Origin: Flavobacteriaceae bacterium
GTDB lineage: Bacteria; Bacteroidota; Bacteroidia; Flavobacteriales; Flavobacteriaceae
DNA: 64,000 nucleotides
Direction of reading: 5' to 3'
NCBI GenBank assembly: GCA_034005285.1
Contig: JAVEUZ010000010.1
Coordinates: 619 to 64,618 of the forward strand
In this document: positions 38,215-48,537 of the stretch, piece by piece
Numbering within the stretch: position 1 is the first letter of the stretch
Layout of the letters: the number at the start of each line of letters is the position of its first letter
Translations under genes and position numbers: made by a program
Notes under the pieces: generated by a model
Told to the model about the DNA's origin: nothing
What the model saw: only the letters and a program-made list of their open reading frames with translations
The model's database searches: none

Positions 38215-38841
38215 ATGTCTTTACGGAAAGCCTCTATCCTTATTGTTTTAATTCTTTTAATCGACCAGATTTCAAAAATCTACATTAAAACTAATTTCAT
38301 TTTAGAAGAAAAAATTGAGGTATTTTCTTGGTTTCAAATTTATTTTATCGAAAATGAAGGCATGGCGTGGGGTGCTGTTATTCCGGGAGAATATGGCAAA
38401 TTGTTTCTCACATTGTTTAGAATTATTGCAGTTGTGGCTATCGGATATTGGCTTTGGGACAGCATCAGAAAAAACAGCTCTAACTATTTAATTGTTGCTA
38501 TTGCCGTGATTTTTGCCGGAGCCTTGGGCAACATCATCGATTCTGTTTTTTACGGGGTTATTTTCAACGATAGCTATCACGCACCCGCAACCTTGTTTGC
38601 CGAAAATCCTTATGGAACATTATTTCATGGAAAAGTAGTCGATATGCTTTACTTTCCAATCTGGGAAGGCAACTTACCCGAATGGCTTCCTTTCTGGGGA
38701 GGAGAAAACTTTAAATTCTTCAATGCCATTTTTAACGTGGCAGATACCGCCATTTCTACCGGCGTAGGAATTCTGATTGTTTTTAATAAAAAAGCTTTCG
38801 GAACAAAGAGTTCAAAAGGAAAAGAAAAAGATAGTATATAA
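38215..38841 (+). CDS. lspA: Lipoprotein signal peptidase (signal peptidase II)
   Basis: IDQISK, ENEGMAWG, GALGNIIDS, VVDML and FNVAD motifs. -7 box TATTTTTG at 38188-38195. Confidence 0.94.
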   Translation: MSLRKASILIVLILLIDQISKIYIKTNFILEEKIEVFSWFQIYFIENEGMAWGAVIPGEYGKLFLTLFRIIAVVAIGYWLWDSIRKNSSNYLIVAIAVIFAGALGNIIDSVFYGVIFNDSYHAPATLFAENPYGTLFHGKVVDMLYFPIWEGNLPEWLPFWGGENFKFFNAIFNVADTAISTGVGILIVFNKKAFGTKSSKGKEKDSI

Positions 38842-39041
38842 TAAATTTTTTATTTTCCGGTATCGCCAAATACTTTTTTTGACGTATAATTATTATCATA
38901 TCACCAATATTTCTTGTTGAACTTTTTGCTATACAAAATGCATTTTACATCGGTAAATATTTTACTATATCCGAATTCTATAAATGATAAACAGAAAAAA
39001 ACCACAAGTTTTTTTGCTAAAAATTGTATAAAATAAAAATT

Positions 39042-39256
39042 ATGTTAAATTTGCTTTTGCCATTCTTACATTTGCCTTTATTTTTGCTAGTTGTTCAAGT
39101 GATGATGATAAAGGACAGAGTTGTGAGCAATTGGGACAAAAACTTGCTGATGCCTTTGAGGTATATGTGAATGACCCTTCAGACGAAAATGAACAAGCTC
39201 TGGATGCAGCATATGCAGCTTATGAAAATGCTGGTTGTGACACAGATGAAGATTAA
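39042..39256 (+). pseudogene. Small lipoprotein (~71 aa) not in the ORF track; ATG is 1 nt out of frame
   Basis: Frame from 39047 reads KFAFAILTFAFIFASC-SSDDDKGQSCEQ...AGCDTDED*. One extra A after ATGTTA restores MLKFAF...FASC, a full lipoprotein signal. Confidence 0.7.
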
Positions 39257-39260
39257 ATGA

Positions 39261-39289
39261 AATTCCCCGCCACTTTGTGGCGGGGAATT
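39261..39289. terminator. Bidirectional terminator between the lipoprotein gene and 5-formyl-THF cyclo-ligase
   Basis: AATTCCCCGCCAC-TTT-GTGGCGGGGAATT, perfect 13-bp arms. Confidence 0.8.
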
Positions 39290-39301
39290 AAACCAATGAG
39301 A

Positions 39302-39865
39302 TTAAAACCCATAAACCCCATCCGGAGTCACACAAAAATCGAGTTTCACATCATCCGGAGAAATGTCTTTAATCTGTTCTTCTGGTTCAAAAAAAGACAA
39401 GCCTATCTTTATCACATCCGGACGGCATTTTTGTAAAAAACGGTCATAAAAGCCTTTGCCGTAACCTACGCGGTTTCCTTTTTTGTCATACGCCAAAAGC
39501 GGTACAAACACAACATCTATTTTAGAAACCGGAACCTCCAATCCGTTGACAGGTTCAGGAATCCCGTAATCGTTATTAATGAATTTAGTGTTTTCGGTAA
39601 GCAGAAAATGGGTCATTTCTCCAGTAGCAAAATCGCTTTTTGAAACGACAATTTCCTTATCTTTTCCAACAAGAATCTGCAAAACAAATTCGGTTTGAAT
39701 TTCCTTGTGTCTTTCAATAGTAAGAAACAAATGAAAATAGGTTTTATCCCAAATGTCTAATGAGAGTAACCTGTTGGCAACCGCCAGGCTCTTCTCTTCT
39801 ATTTGCTCTTCTGAGAGTTCTTGCCTTAAGGTTTTATATTTCTGCCTTAATTCTTTTTTCAGCAT
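39302..39865 (-). CDS. ygfA: 5-formyltetrahydrofolate cyclo-ligase
   Basis: MLKKELRQKY start, YGIPEP, IDVVFVPLLAYD..GNRVGYGKGFYDRFL and DVKLDF. Confidence 0.93.
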   Translation of the reverse strand: MLKKELRQKYKTLRQELSEEQIEEKSLAVANRLLSLDIWDKTYFHLFLTIERHKEIQTEFVLQILVGKDKEIVVSKSDFATGEMTHFLLTENTKFINNDYGIPEPVNGLEVPVSKIDVVFVPLLAYDKKGNRVGYGKGFYDRFLQKCRPDVIKIGLSFFEPEEQIKDISPDDVKLDFCVTPDGVYGF

Positions 39866-41096
39866 TGTGATACATTTTCAAATCTTCTATAAAATTAGTC
39901 AAATGTTCCACTTCTACGTGATCCATTAGGACAATTTTATACCATTGGTTATGCTCGTTATGTTGTTGCGGTACCAAAGTATATTTTTCGGCAATATCTT
40001 CGGGGATATATTCTGACTGAATCGTAACGATATTCATAAATGGATTACGATAGTATTTGATGTTTAGCTTGTCTAACTCGTTGCACAAAAACAGGGTTCT
40101 CATTTGTAGAATACTTATTTTCTCGAACCATCCATGTGGACCGTAAGTGAAAAGTATCATCCAAACAGCTACCGCATTTGCTCCCGAACGGCTTCCGCAA
40201 AGTGTCAAATCCATACCTTCAACATATTCAGCTTCTTTGGTCAGAACATTTTCTATCAACCCTTTACGGCAGACAAAAATGCCGGTTCCGTATGGTGCTT
40301 GTAACATTTTATGGGCATCAATGGTAATGGAACAAATCTTAGGATTTTCAAAATTTATTATAGATTGGCTGTTGCTAAAAGGATATACAAATCCGCCATA
40401 AGCACCGTCAATGTGAAGTTTATATGTTAAGTTGTATTTTTCCAAAACATCGGTATAATCATCAGGATTGTCAACAGAACCAAACATAGTCGTACCCATA
40501 TTGGCTACGGCAATAAAATATTTTTTGCCTGCTGCAACAGCTTTTATGATAATGTTTTCTAAAGCAGTTTTGTCTATTTCTCGATTTTCAAAGTGAACAG
40601 GGATATTTAGCCAATCAACTTGTAATAAGTTAGCCCCTTTCGGGATGGAATAATGCGTGTCTTCCGAAGCCAAAATGGCAATTTCATTTGGTTTTGCCCC
40701 AAAGTAATTAAAAAAATAATTTCTGAAAACCCAGATTGCTTGGATATTAGCCTCGGTTCCGCCGGGAGAAATATAGCCGTCAAATTCGTTTTCCCTACAT
40801 TTAAAAATATCGGAAGCAATAACATTCAGTACATTTCTTTCTATTTCCTGTGTACCGCTAAAAGCTTTTTCTGAAGTTCCATAAGTATGACAGCCAATAT
40901 TGTTTGGATTGGCAACATAAGCCTGCAACGTTGGAGCATCTTTAAGAAACGGAGCATCGTCATAAAAAACTTTCCCGTCTAATTTTGAAGCCGGATAGCC
41001 CAAAGAGGTGTCTTGCGAGAAATTTACATTTTCCAGAAGAGCTTGTTGTATTCTTGTTCTTCTTTCGTTTTGAGTGAGTTTTTTCCAAAATTGCAT
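39834..41096 (-). CDS. Group II PLP-dependent amino-acid decarboxylase (MfnA/PanP-like)
   Basis: SPGGTEANIQA, GTTMFGSVD, LHIDGAYGG and SITIDAHKM (PLP lysine). Start placed at ATG 41096 because a -7 box (CAAAAGTA on +) sits at 41113-41120. Confidence 0.85.
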   Translation of the reverse strand: MQFWKKLTQNERRTRIQQALLENVNFSQDTSLGYPASKLDGKVFYDDAPFLKDAPTLQAYVANPNNIGCHTYGTSEKAFSGTQEIERNVLNVIASDIFKCRENEFDGYISPGGTEANIQAIWVFRNYFFNYFGAKPNEIAILASEDTHYSIPKGANLLQVDWLNIPVHFENREIDKTALENIIIKAVAAGKKYFIAVANMGTTMFGSVDNPDDYTDVLEKYNLTYKLHIDGAYGGFVYPFSNSQSIINFENPKICSITIDAHKMLQAPYGTGIFVCRKGLIENVLTKEAEYVEGMDLTLCGSRSGANAVAVWMILFTYGPHGWFEKISILQMRTLFLCNELDKLNIKYYRNPFMNIVTIQSEYIPEDIAEKYTLVPQQHNEHNQWYKIVLMDHVEVEHLTNFIEDLKMYHNAEKRIKAEI

Positions 41097-41300
41097 AATC
41101 CAAATTTTAGTGCAAAAGTACCTCAATATATTGTTTTATTATATGATATTTGTTAGTTGTTTTTCACTTTTGCCCAAAAAATTCTCTTGTGATGTTTGTG
41201 AAACAATGAGATTCTGTTTGTTTACTGTTTTTTTCAAGTACCCGATGTTTTTTGTTATTTTTGGAACAGAAATTGCCATTGTAGTAAAAAAAACAAATTA

Positions 41301-42092
41301 ATGATGAAGAAGATAGCTATAATACTTTTGTTTTTGTCAACAGGTAGTTTTATTGCACAAACGGAAGTTACAAAACGAGAAAAGGCTTTTGATGTAGGAG
41401 AATGGTTTCAGTTTAGAATCCATTACGGAATTATCAATGCCGGAATAGCTGAGCTTGAGGTCAAAGAAGCTGTTCAGAATAACAAAAAAGTTTTTCATGT
41501 CAAAGGAAGGGGATATACCACCGGAATAACAAAATTTTTCTTTAAAGTTGATGATGATTATCAAAGCTATATAGACAAAGAGTCCGGTGTTCCGTATAAA
41601 TTTATCAGGAAAATATATGAGGGAGGCTATACCAAAAACCAGGAGGGGTATTTTAACCACTCTAAAAAAAATGTACTAGTAAAAGACCATAAAAGAAAAA
41701 CAGAGAGCACTTTTCCGATAACAGAAAACGTCCAGGATATATTATCTACTTTTTATTATTTGAGAAATCATCCGGATATAAACAAGCTTAAAGTAGGCGA
41801 ATCTATTGATGTTGATATGTTTTTTGATGATGAGACGATAAAATTTAAGTTAAAGTTTTTAGGAAAAGAAGATTTAAAAACTAAATTTGGGGTCATTCCT
41901 ACGATGATTTTTCGTCCGTATGTTCAGGCAGGCAGGGTTTTTAAAGAACAAGAGAGTTTAACTGTTTGGATATCAGACGACACAAACAGATTGCCTATAC
42001 GTGTTAAAGCCAGTCTGGCTGTTGGATCGCTCAAGGCAGATTTAGAAAAATTTAAAGGACTGAAACATCCTTTTACAGTAAAATCAGAATAA
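41301..42092 (+). CDS. DUF3108 domain-containing secreted protein
   Basis: Signal peptide, AFDVGEWFQFRIHYG and TVWISDD..RLPIRVKA.L.VGS patterns. Confidence 0.75.
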   Translation: MMKKIAIILLFLSTGSFIAQTEVTKREKAFDVGEWFQFRIHYGIINAGIAELEVKEAVQNNKKVFHVKGRGYTTGITKFFFKVDDDYQSYIDKESGVPYKFIRKIYEGGYTKNQEGYFNHSKKNVLVKDHKRKTESTFPITENVQDILSTFYYLRNHPDINKLKVGESIDVDMFFDDETIKFKLKFLGKEDLKTKFGVIPTMIFRPYVQAGRVFKEQESLTVWISDDTNRLPIRVKASLAVGSLKADLEKFKGLKHPFTVKSE

Positions 42093-42094
42093 TT

Positions 42095-43027
42095 ATGACT
42101 TCAAAAACAAACGAATTAATAGAGGAACTTGAAGAAAAGTTTAAAGCGATAGACCAAAACACAGACACACATCTCGAAGGGTTACTATGGGCAAAACCAA
42201 TAACTTATTGGGATTATATTCAGACCGATGCCCTTTTAAATCTTCAGACACAACGCACAACACTTCCCGATGAAATGGTGTTTATCATGTATCATCAGAT
42301 AAATGAACTTCTTTTTAAAATGATACTGTGGGAAATAGAACAAGTATGTCACACCCCAAAACCGGAAACAGCCTATTTTACAGAAAAACTCATGCGGATA
42401 AGCCGCTATTTCGATATGCTTACCACTTCTTTCAACATTATGAAAGACGGAATGCAAATTGAACAATATATGAAGTTCAGAAATACGTTAACACCCGCCA
42501 GCGGATTTCAAAGTGCCCAATATCGGTTGATTGAGTTTGCCTCTACAGACCTAATTAACCTAATCGACTATCGATTTAGAGCCACTATAGATAGAAACAC
42601 ACCCTATGAACATGCTTTTGAACATTTGTATTGGCAGGCTGCCGGAAAAGATTATCAAACTGGAAAAAAATCATACTTAATTCTCGAGTTTGAAAGAAAA
42701 TACAAAAAGAAATTTCTGCTTTTTATGGAAGAACATAACACCATAAATCTTTGGAAAAAATTCAAACAACTACCCGATGAAGACCAAAAAAATGAAAATC
42801 TAGTCAAAGCCATGCGACACTATGATTATACGGTCAATATAACTTGGGTAATGGGACATTTTTATGCAGCAAAAAAATATATAGAAAGTGGCCAAGGAAG
42901 CGGAGAAGCCACCGGAGGAAGTGATTGGAAAAAATATATGTTACCAAAATACCAGCGTAGAATATTTTTTCCAGAACTATGGAGCGAAGAAGAACTCAAA
43001 AATTGGGGAGAAAAGGAAAGCATCTAA
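42095..43027 (+). CDS. Tryptophan 2,3-dioxygenase family protein
   Basis: YWDYIQTDALL.LQ, DEMVFIMYHQ..EL.FK, PASGFQS.QYR and ATGGS motifs. Confidence 0.9.
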   Translation: MTSKTNELIEELEEKFKAIDQNTDTHLEGLLWAKPITYWDYIQTDALLNLQTQRTTLPDEMVFIMYHQINELLFKMILWEIEQVCHTPKPETAYFTEKLMRISRYFDMLTTSFNIMKDGMQIEQYMKFRNTLTPASGFQSAQYRLIEFASTDLINLIDYRFRATIDRNTPYEHAFEHLYWQAAGKDYQTGKKSYLILEFERKYKKKFLLFMEEHNTINLWKKFKQLPDEDQKNENLVKAMRHYDYTVNITWVMGHFYAAKKYIESGQGSGEATGGSDWKKYMLPKYQRRIFFPELWSEEELKNWGEKESI

Positions 43028-43071
43028 AAACACACATCAATCATTAATATCGCAACTGCCCAAATAACAAA

Positions 43072-44304
43072 ATGAGATTATATATTTTTCTATTATCAGC
43101 CTTAATAACCTTAGTTTCCTGTCAAGATAAAGAAGACAAAAAAGTTACAGAACCTAAAGAACTCAAAGAAAAATCAATTGTTGAATACGGCTTTGTGCTA
43201 AATGATTTTATCGTAGAAAGAGACACAATCAAAAGCGGTGATACTTTTGGAAAACTACTTGAAAATTATAATTTAGGAACCTATAAATCACACGAAATAA
43301 CTGAAAAAGTTAAAGATTCCTTCAATCTTAGAAATATTAGAATAGGACATCCTTATACTGTTTTAAAAGATAAAAATGACCCTCATGTTCTTAAAGCTTT
43401 TATATACGAAATCAACAACATAAGATATTCGGTAGTAGATTTAAGAGATTCTATATCAGCCTACAACCGCTCAAAACCCATTACTATTAAAAAAAGAACA
43501 ATAGCGACAGAAATTGAAGGCTCTTTGTTTGAAACTCTTGCAAAAACAGGTACAGACATTAATCTCGCCATAAGTCTTGCAAAAATTTATGAATTTTCTA
43601 TTGACTTCTTTAAAATTCAGAAGGGTGATAAATTTGCTGCGGTTTTTTATGAAAAATTCATAAATGACACTATTTATGCCGGGGTTGAAAAACTTGAAGC
43701 CTCATTTTTTGAACACAAAGGAAAAAAACAATACGCTTTTCCTTTCAAGAAAGATTCCGGTTCTTCAAAATTTGAATATTATGATGAAAATGCCAAGGAA
43801 CTCAAAGCGATGTTTCTGAAAGCTCCGTTAGATTTTTTCAGAATTACTTCAAAATTCAACCCCAAACGATTTCACCCGGTTCAGAAAACATGGAAAGCCC
43901 ATAACGGAACAGATTATGCCGCACCACACGGAACACCAATTCGTGCCACAGCTGCGGGTGTCGTAGAAAGAACAGGATATACTGCCGGAAACGGAAATTA
44001 TGTTAAAGTAAAACACAACGGAACATATTCTACCCAATATTTACACATGTCCAAAATATTAGTCAAAAACAAACAAAGGGTAAGTCAGGGAGAAATCATC
44101 GGAAAAGTAGGAAGTACCGGATTGGCAACAGGACCCCATGTCTGCTATCGATTTTGGAAAAATGGTGTTCAGGTAGATCCACTTCGTGAAAAACCTATTG
44201 GTTCCGAACCTATGGAAGAACATCTGAAACCCCGTTATTTTGAAGAGATGAAACCCATGAAGAAAGAGTTAGACAGTATTGCTTCTACGGTGTTTAAAGA
44301 CTAA
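43072..44304 (+). CDS. M23 family peptidoglycan DD-metalloendopeptidase (lipoprotein)
   Basis: Lipobox LVSC, HNGTDYAAP (HxxxD), Y.HMS and GSTGLATGPHV. Confidence 0.92.
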   Translation: MRLYIFLLSALITLVSCQDKEDKKVTEPKELKEKSIVEYGFVLNDFIVERDTIKSGDTFGKLLENYNLGTYKSHEITEKVKDSFNLRNIRIGHPYTVLKDKNDPHVLKAFIYEINNIRYSVVDLRDSISAYNRSKPITIKKRTIATEIEGSLFETLAKTGTDINLAISLAKIYEFSIDFFKIQKGDKFAAVFYEKFINDTIYAGVEKLEASFFEHKGKKQYAFPFKKDSGSSKFEYYDENAKELKAMFLKAPLDFFRITSKFNPKRFHPVQKTWKAHNGTDYAAPHGTPIRATAAGVVERTGYTAGNGNYVKVKHNGTYSTQYLHMSKILVKNKQRVSQGEIIGKVGSTGLATGPHVCYRFWKNGVQVDPLREKPIGSEPMEEHLKPRYFEEMKPMKKELDSIASTVFKD

Positions 44305-44320
44305 TTTTATTTAAAATATC

Positions 44321-45964
44321 ATGGCATTAGAAAATACAAACCCCACAGGAACAGTTGCTTGGCAAAATTTAAGAAAGCACTTTGAAGAAATTTACCTTGA
44401 AACAATGCAGGAAATGTTTGCGAAAGATACTTTGCGAACAGAAAAATTTCATATTCAATGGAATGATTTCCTGATAGATTATTCAAAAAACATCATCAAT
44501 GATGATACAATAAACCACCTTTTGGCTCTAGCAGATGAAGTTAACCTGAAAGATGCCATCCAAAAATATTTTTCGGGAGATATAATCAATCAAACAGAGC
44601 AAAGAGCAGTGCTTCATACAGCATTGCGAGCAAGAGAACACGAAGATATAAGAGTAAACAAAACCAATATAGTACCCGAAATATATACCGTTAAAAATAA
44701 AATCAGAAGTTTTACGGACGAAGTTCTGAACGGTGACAGAAAAGGGTTTACCGGAAAAAACTTTACAGATGTGGTAAATATTGGTATTGGCGGTTCAGAT
44801 TTAGGACCTGCAATGGTTGTAGATACTCTAAAGTTCTATCAAAAAAATCTCAACATTCATTTTGTGTCAAATGTTGATGGCGACCATGTAAGCGAAGTAA
44901 TTAAAGGGTTAAATCCTGAAACAACCCTATTTGTTATCGTTTCAAAAACCTTCACAACACAAGAGACGTTGTCCAATGCAGAAACGATTAGAAAGTGGTT
45001 TTTACAGTCGGCCGCACAAGAAGATATTGCCAAACATTTTATAGCTGTTTCTACCAATATTCAGAAAGTAAAAGAATTCGGAATTGACGAAAACAATATT
45101 TTCCCTATGTGGGACTGGGTGGGTGGTCGTTTTTCTTTATGGAGTGCTGTTGGTTTGTCTATTTCTCTTGCTTTAGGTTACGACAATTTTGAAGAATTGC
45201 TTACCGGAGCTTACGATATGGATGGTCATTTCAAAAACACGCCTTTTGAAAAAAATATCCCGGTAATGTTAGCATTATTGAGCATTTGGTATAACAATTT
45301 TTTCAATGCTGAAAGCGAAGCGATTATTCCGTACACACAGTATTTACAAAAGCTTGCTTCGTACCTGCAACAAGGCATCATGGAGAGCAACGGAAAAAGC
45401 ATTGACCGCAACGGAAACCCCGTAAATTATCAAACAGGAACAATTATTTGGGGCGAACCCGGAACCAACTCGCAACACGCATTTTTTCAGTTGATTCATC
45501 AAGGAACAAAACTTATTCCGGCAGATTTTATCGGATTTTTAAAATCACTATACGGAGACAAAGACCACCACAACAAATTGATGTCAAATTTCTTTGCTCA
45601 AACAGAAGCGTTACTCAACGGAAAAACAGAAAAAACCGTAATTGCCGAACTTCGGAAACAAGGAATTGCAGATGAAGAATTGCAGTTTCTGACTCCTTTC
45701 AAAGAATTTGTTGGAAACAAACCCACCAATACGATTTTGATAGAAAAACTAACACCAAAATCTTTAGGAAGCTTGATTGCTTTATACGAACACAAAATTT
45801 TTGTTCAAGGTGTTATCTGGAATATTTTTAGCTATGACCAATGGGGTGTAGAACTTGGAAAGCAACTGGCAACAGGAATTTTGGAAGAAATAAACACGGG
45901 CAAATTGAAAGAACACGATGCCTCGACTTTGTTTTTAGTTAATCATTATATAAAATCACTATAA
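44321..45964 (+). CDS. pgi: Glucose-6-phosphate isomerase
   Basis: [44 protein letters not shown] and [10 protein letters not shown]. Confidence 0.97.
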   Translation: MALENTNPTGTVAWQNLRKHFEEIYLETMQEMFAKDTLRTEKFHIQWNDFLIDYSKNIINDDTINHLLALADEVNLKDAIQKYFSGDIINQTEQRAVLHTALRAREHEDIRVNKTNIVPEIYTVKNKIRSFTDEVLNGDRKGFTGKNFTDVVNIGIGGSDLGPAMVVDTLKFYQKNLNIHFVSNVDGDHVSEVIKGLNPETTLFVIVSKTFTTQETLSNAETIRKWFLQSAAQEDIAKHFIAVSTNIQKVKEFGIDENNIFPMWDWVGGRFSLWSAVGLSISLALGYDNFEELLTGAYDMDGHFKNTPFEKNIPVMLALLSIWYNNFFNAESEAIIPYTQYLQKLASYLQQGIMESNGKSIDRNGNPVNYQTGTIIWGEPGTNSQHAFFQLIHQGTKLIPADFIGFLKSLYGDKDHHNKLMSNFFAQTEALLNGKTEKTVIAELRKQGIADEELQFLTPFKEFVGNKPTNTILIEKLTPKSLGSLIALYEHKIFVQGVIWNIFSYDQWGVELGKQLATGILEEINTGKLKEHDASTLFLVNHYIKSL

Positions 45965-45970
45965 ATAGGG

Positions 45971-45995
45971 AAAACCTCACTTAAGAGGTTTTTTC
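45971..45995 (+). terminator. Intrinsic terminator after pgi
   Basis: AAAACCTC-ACTTAA-GAGGTTTT followed by a T-run. Confidence 0.7.
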
Positions 45996-46029
45996 TTTTT
46001 TATATTTGTGGAAAACAAATAAATAAACT

Positions 46030-46458
46030 ATGGATTTTTACAACATTATTCAAAAATTTCACTCCGGATGGGCGTATTTGGTCTTATTGTTCCTTTTTAT
46101 AGCCATTGTCAATTCGTTTGTAGGGCATTCAAAAAAAAGAGTATTTACCGCTAAAGACCGAAAAATTGCATTATTAGGATTGGTTTCAACGCATATCATG
46201 TTTGTAGTGGGTATGATTCTTTATTTTGTTTCTCCACTTGGATTAGATTCTTTAGGTGAAATGAAAATCGCAGACATAAGACTTACTTCTTTAGAGCACC
46301 CGCTTATCAATCTTATCGGTATTATTTTAATTACCGTTGGCTGGTCAAAACACAAAAGAGTCGGAGTTGCTCTTAAATTCAAACAAATCTATGTTTTCTA
46401 TGGACTGGGTTTACTTCTAATCTTATTGAGAATCCCTTGGAAAGCATGGTTTTCATAA
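46030..46458 (+). CDS. Conserved four-TM membrane protein of unknown function
   Basis: HSGWAY, four hydrophobic helices, EHP motif. -7 box TATATTTG at 46001-46008. Confidence 0.75.
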   Translation: MDFYNIIQKFHSGWAYLVLLFLFIAIVNSFVGHSKKRVFTAKDRKIALLGLVSTHIMFVVGMILYFVSPLGLDSLGEMKIADIRLTSLEHPLINLIGIILITVGWSKHKRVGVALKFKQIYVFYGLGLLLILLRIPWKAWFS

Positions 46459-46832
46459 TTTAAAAACATACCCGTAAGCGGGTTTGTTTTATTTTTGGCA
46501 CAATATTTATTTCATAATAAACCAAAAATATTATGAAAAAGTATCTTTACATAATTACCGCTTTGCTGCTCGTTATACCTTTGTTGTACGGATTTATGAC
46601 TCCGAAAAAGTATGTCGTTAAAACAAACCCTATCTATTGATAAATATAGTATTTCTACCTATTGTATAGTATCTGACAGCCTTTTTATCGAAGATTCTGT
46701 TACTTACAAATTGCTCGACATCATGGCTATGGCACGATAAAAATCACTATAGAAATTGTTGACTAAAGTTTTTGTATTCTGGTAACTTCACAGAAAAGAC
46801 CTCAAAACATTTAACACAAATTTAAGCTCACA

Positions 46833-46854
46833 TAGTTCGGTAGTTGCCGAACTA
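46833..46854. promoter_or_regulatory. Palindromic operator overlapping the efflux-operon promoter
   Basis: TAGTTCGG-N6-CCGAACTA, directly upstream of the -7 box TATTTTTG at 46859-46866. Confidence 0.65.
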
Positions 46855-46879
46855 ACCTTATTTTTGCACTTTATTTAAA

Positions 46880-47389
46880 ATGATTCCAGCATTGAATACT
46901 GATGTAGAAAGAGAAGAGCTGATAGAGATGATGGGCATCCATCTTCAAAATCAACATTCCATTTCACCTCTTACGGGTAGAATTTGGGGTACGCTCATTA
47001 TGGAAGGCAAAGACAAAGGCCTTACTTTTGACTATCTGGTAGAGAAGTTTCAGGCAAGTAAAAGTAGTATCTCTTCGAGTCTGAATTTACTCGTGAAAAA
47101 GAACAAAATTTATTACAATACTATCGAAGGAGATCGAAAAAAATATTTTAGGGCTTATCCGTTTAGCGAACGATTCGCAAGGTTCTTGAAAAATATGGAA
47201 TTTGAAAAAGCATTACTTGATAAAATTATCTTGTATAAAAGCAAAGAAGAAAAAACAGCCGAAAACAATTGTTCTTTACAAAACATCAAAGCCTATAAAG
47301 AACACCTTAACGAAATAGAGCAGCTAACCAAAAGAATGCTGGAAAAATTAAAAAGAATAGAAGAAAAAAACCTTATCAACAATAATTAA
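46880..47389 (+). CDS. GbsR/MarR family transcriptional regulator
   Basis: Winged-HTH pattern GRIWG.L...LTF..LVE....SKSSIS.SL..L, then GDRK.YF. Confidence 0.82.
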   Translation: MIPALNTDVEREELIEMMGIHLQNQHSISPLTGRIWGTLIMEGKDKGLTFDYLVEKFQASKSSISSSLNLLVKKNKIYYNTIEGDRKKYFRAYPFSERFARFLKNMEFEKALLDKIILYKSKEEKTAENNCSLQNIKAYKEHLNEIEQLTKRMLEKLKRIEEKNLINNN

Positions 47390-47404
47390 ATATAACATTG
47401 AAGT

Positions 47405-48520
47405 ATGAGCAAATCAATTATTTGGAGTGGATTATTAGCTTCTTTATTACTCGTTTCTTGTAATAAAGGAAATAACAACCAACAACAGGCACCTGCTGCC
47501 CTACCCTTTCCGGTTGTAGAGGTTCCAACAAAAACGGTTATCGGATATGACAACTATCCGGCAAACATCGAAGGAACAACCAATAGTGACGTAAGAGCTA
47601 AAGTTTCGGGTTATATTACCAAAGTTTTGGTTGATGAAGGACAAAGAGTTCGCAAAGGACAAGTTCTTTTTACTTTAGAAACGCAATCCATGAGTCAAGA
47701 TGCTCAAGCGGCAAAAGCTAACGTAAATGCAGCTCAGGTAGAAGTGGACAGACTGATTCCGCTGGTTGAAAAAAACATCATCAGTAGTGTACAGTTAGAA
47801 ACAGCCAAAGCGAGATTAGCTCAAGCAAAAAGCAATTATAGTAGTGTAGCAGCAACTATTGATTATGCCAATATCCGCAGTTCTATTGACGGATATGTAG
47901 GCTCAATCAATTTCAGAGAGGGAACTTTGGTCAGTCCTGCCGACCCTACACCTCTGACAACCGTTTCCACTACAGATGACGTTTATGTTTTCTTTACACT
48001 TAACGAAAAATCATACCTTGACTTTTTGAGTAAAACCGAAGGAAAAACAAGAGAAGAAAAACTTAAAAACTTCCCTCAAGTAGAATTACAACTGGCTAAC
48101 AAAGCTATTTATTCCGAAAAAGGAAAAATCGAAACCGTAACCGGTCAGGTTGATAAAACAACAGGAACAGTTAGTTTCAGAGCTAAATTCAAAAATCCAA
48201 ATGGAATTTTGGCTAACGGAAACAGCGGAACTATCCGTATTCCGAAAGAATACAAAGATGTGGTTGTCGTTCCGGAAGTAGCTACTTTCGAACAACAAGG
48301 AATAAACTATGTCTATACCGTAAAAAATGATACAGCTTATACTACTATCATCGACATAGTGGACAAAGTAAACAGACTTGCCATTATCGAATCCGGGGTA
48401 AAACAGGGAGATAAAGTAGTGGTTGAAGGGCTTATAAGACTACGAAACAATACTCCGGTTGTACCACAACCCGTAGATGATTTTGATACGTTTGTCAATT
48501 CCTTAAAAACTGTATTCTAA
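47405..48520 (+). CDS. RND efflux periplasmic adaptor subunit
   Basis: Lipobox LVSC, VRAKVSGYI, lipoyl/hairpin segments and QVDKTTGTV.FRA.F.NP. Confidence 0.93.
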   Translation: MSKSIIWSGLLASLLLVSCNKGNNNQQQAPAALPFPVVEVPTKTVIGYDNYPANIEGTTNSDVRAKVSGYITKVLVDEGQRVRKGQVLFTLETQSMSQDAQAAKANVNAAQVEVDRLIPLVEKNIISSVQLETAKARLAQAKSNYSSVAATIDYANIRSSIDGYVGSINFREGTLVSPADPTPLTTVSTTDDVYVFFTLNEKSYLDFLSKTEGKTREEKLKNFPQVELQLANKAIYSEKGKIETVTGQVDKTTGTVSFRAKFKNPNGILANGNSGTIRIPKEYKDVVVVPEVATFEQQGINYVYTVKNDTAYTTIIDIVDKVNRLAIIESGVKQGDKVVVEGLIRLRNNTPVVPQPVDDFDTFVNSLKTVF

Positions 48521-48537
48521 AAAAAATCTATAAGATT

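Noticed and set aside
36000-44000. Apparent switch from G/T-rich third positions (mnmG) to A/C-rich ones (TDO, M23, later uvrC) as a replichore boundary
   Set aside because: Inconsistent by eye (LysE and lspA look C-rich, hppD G-rich). It needs a computed cumulative skew.
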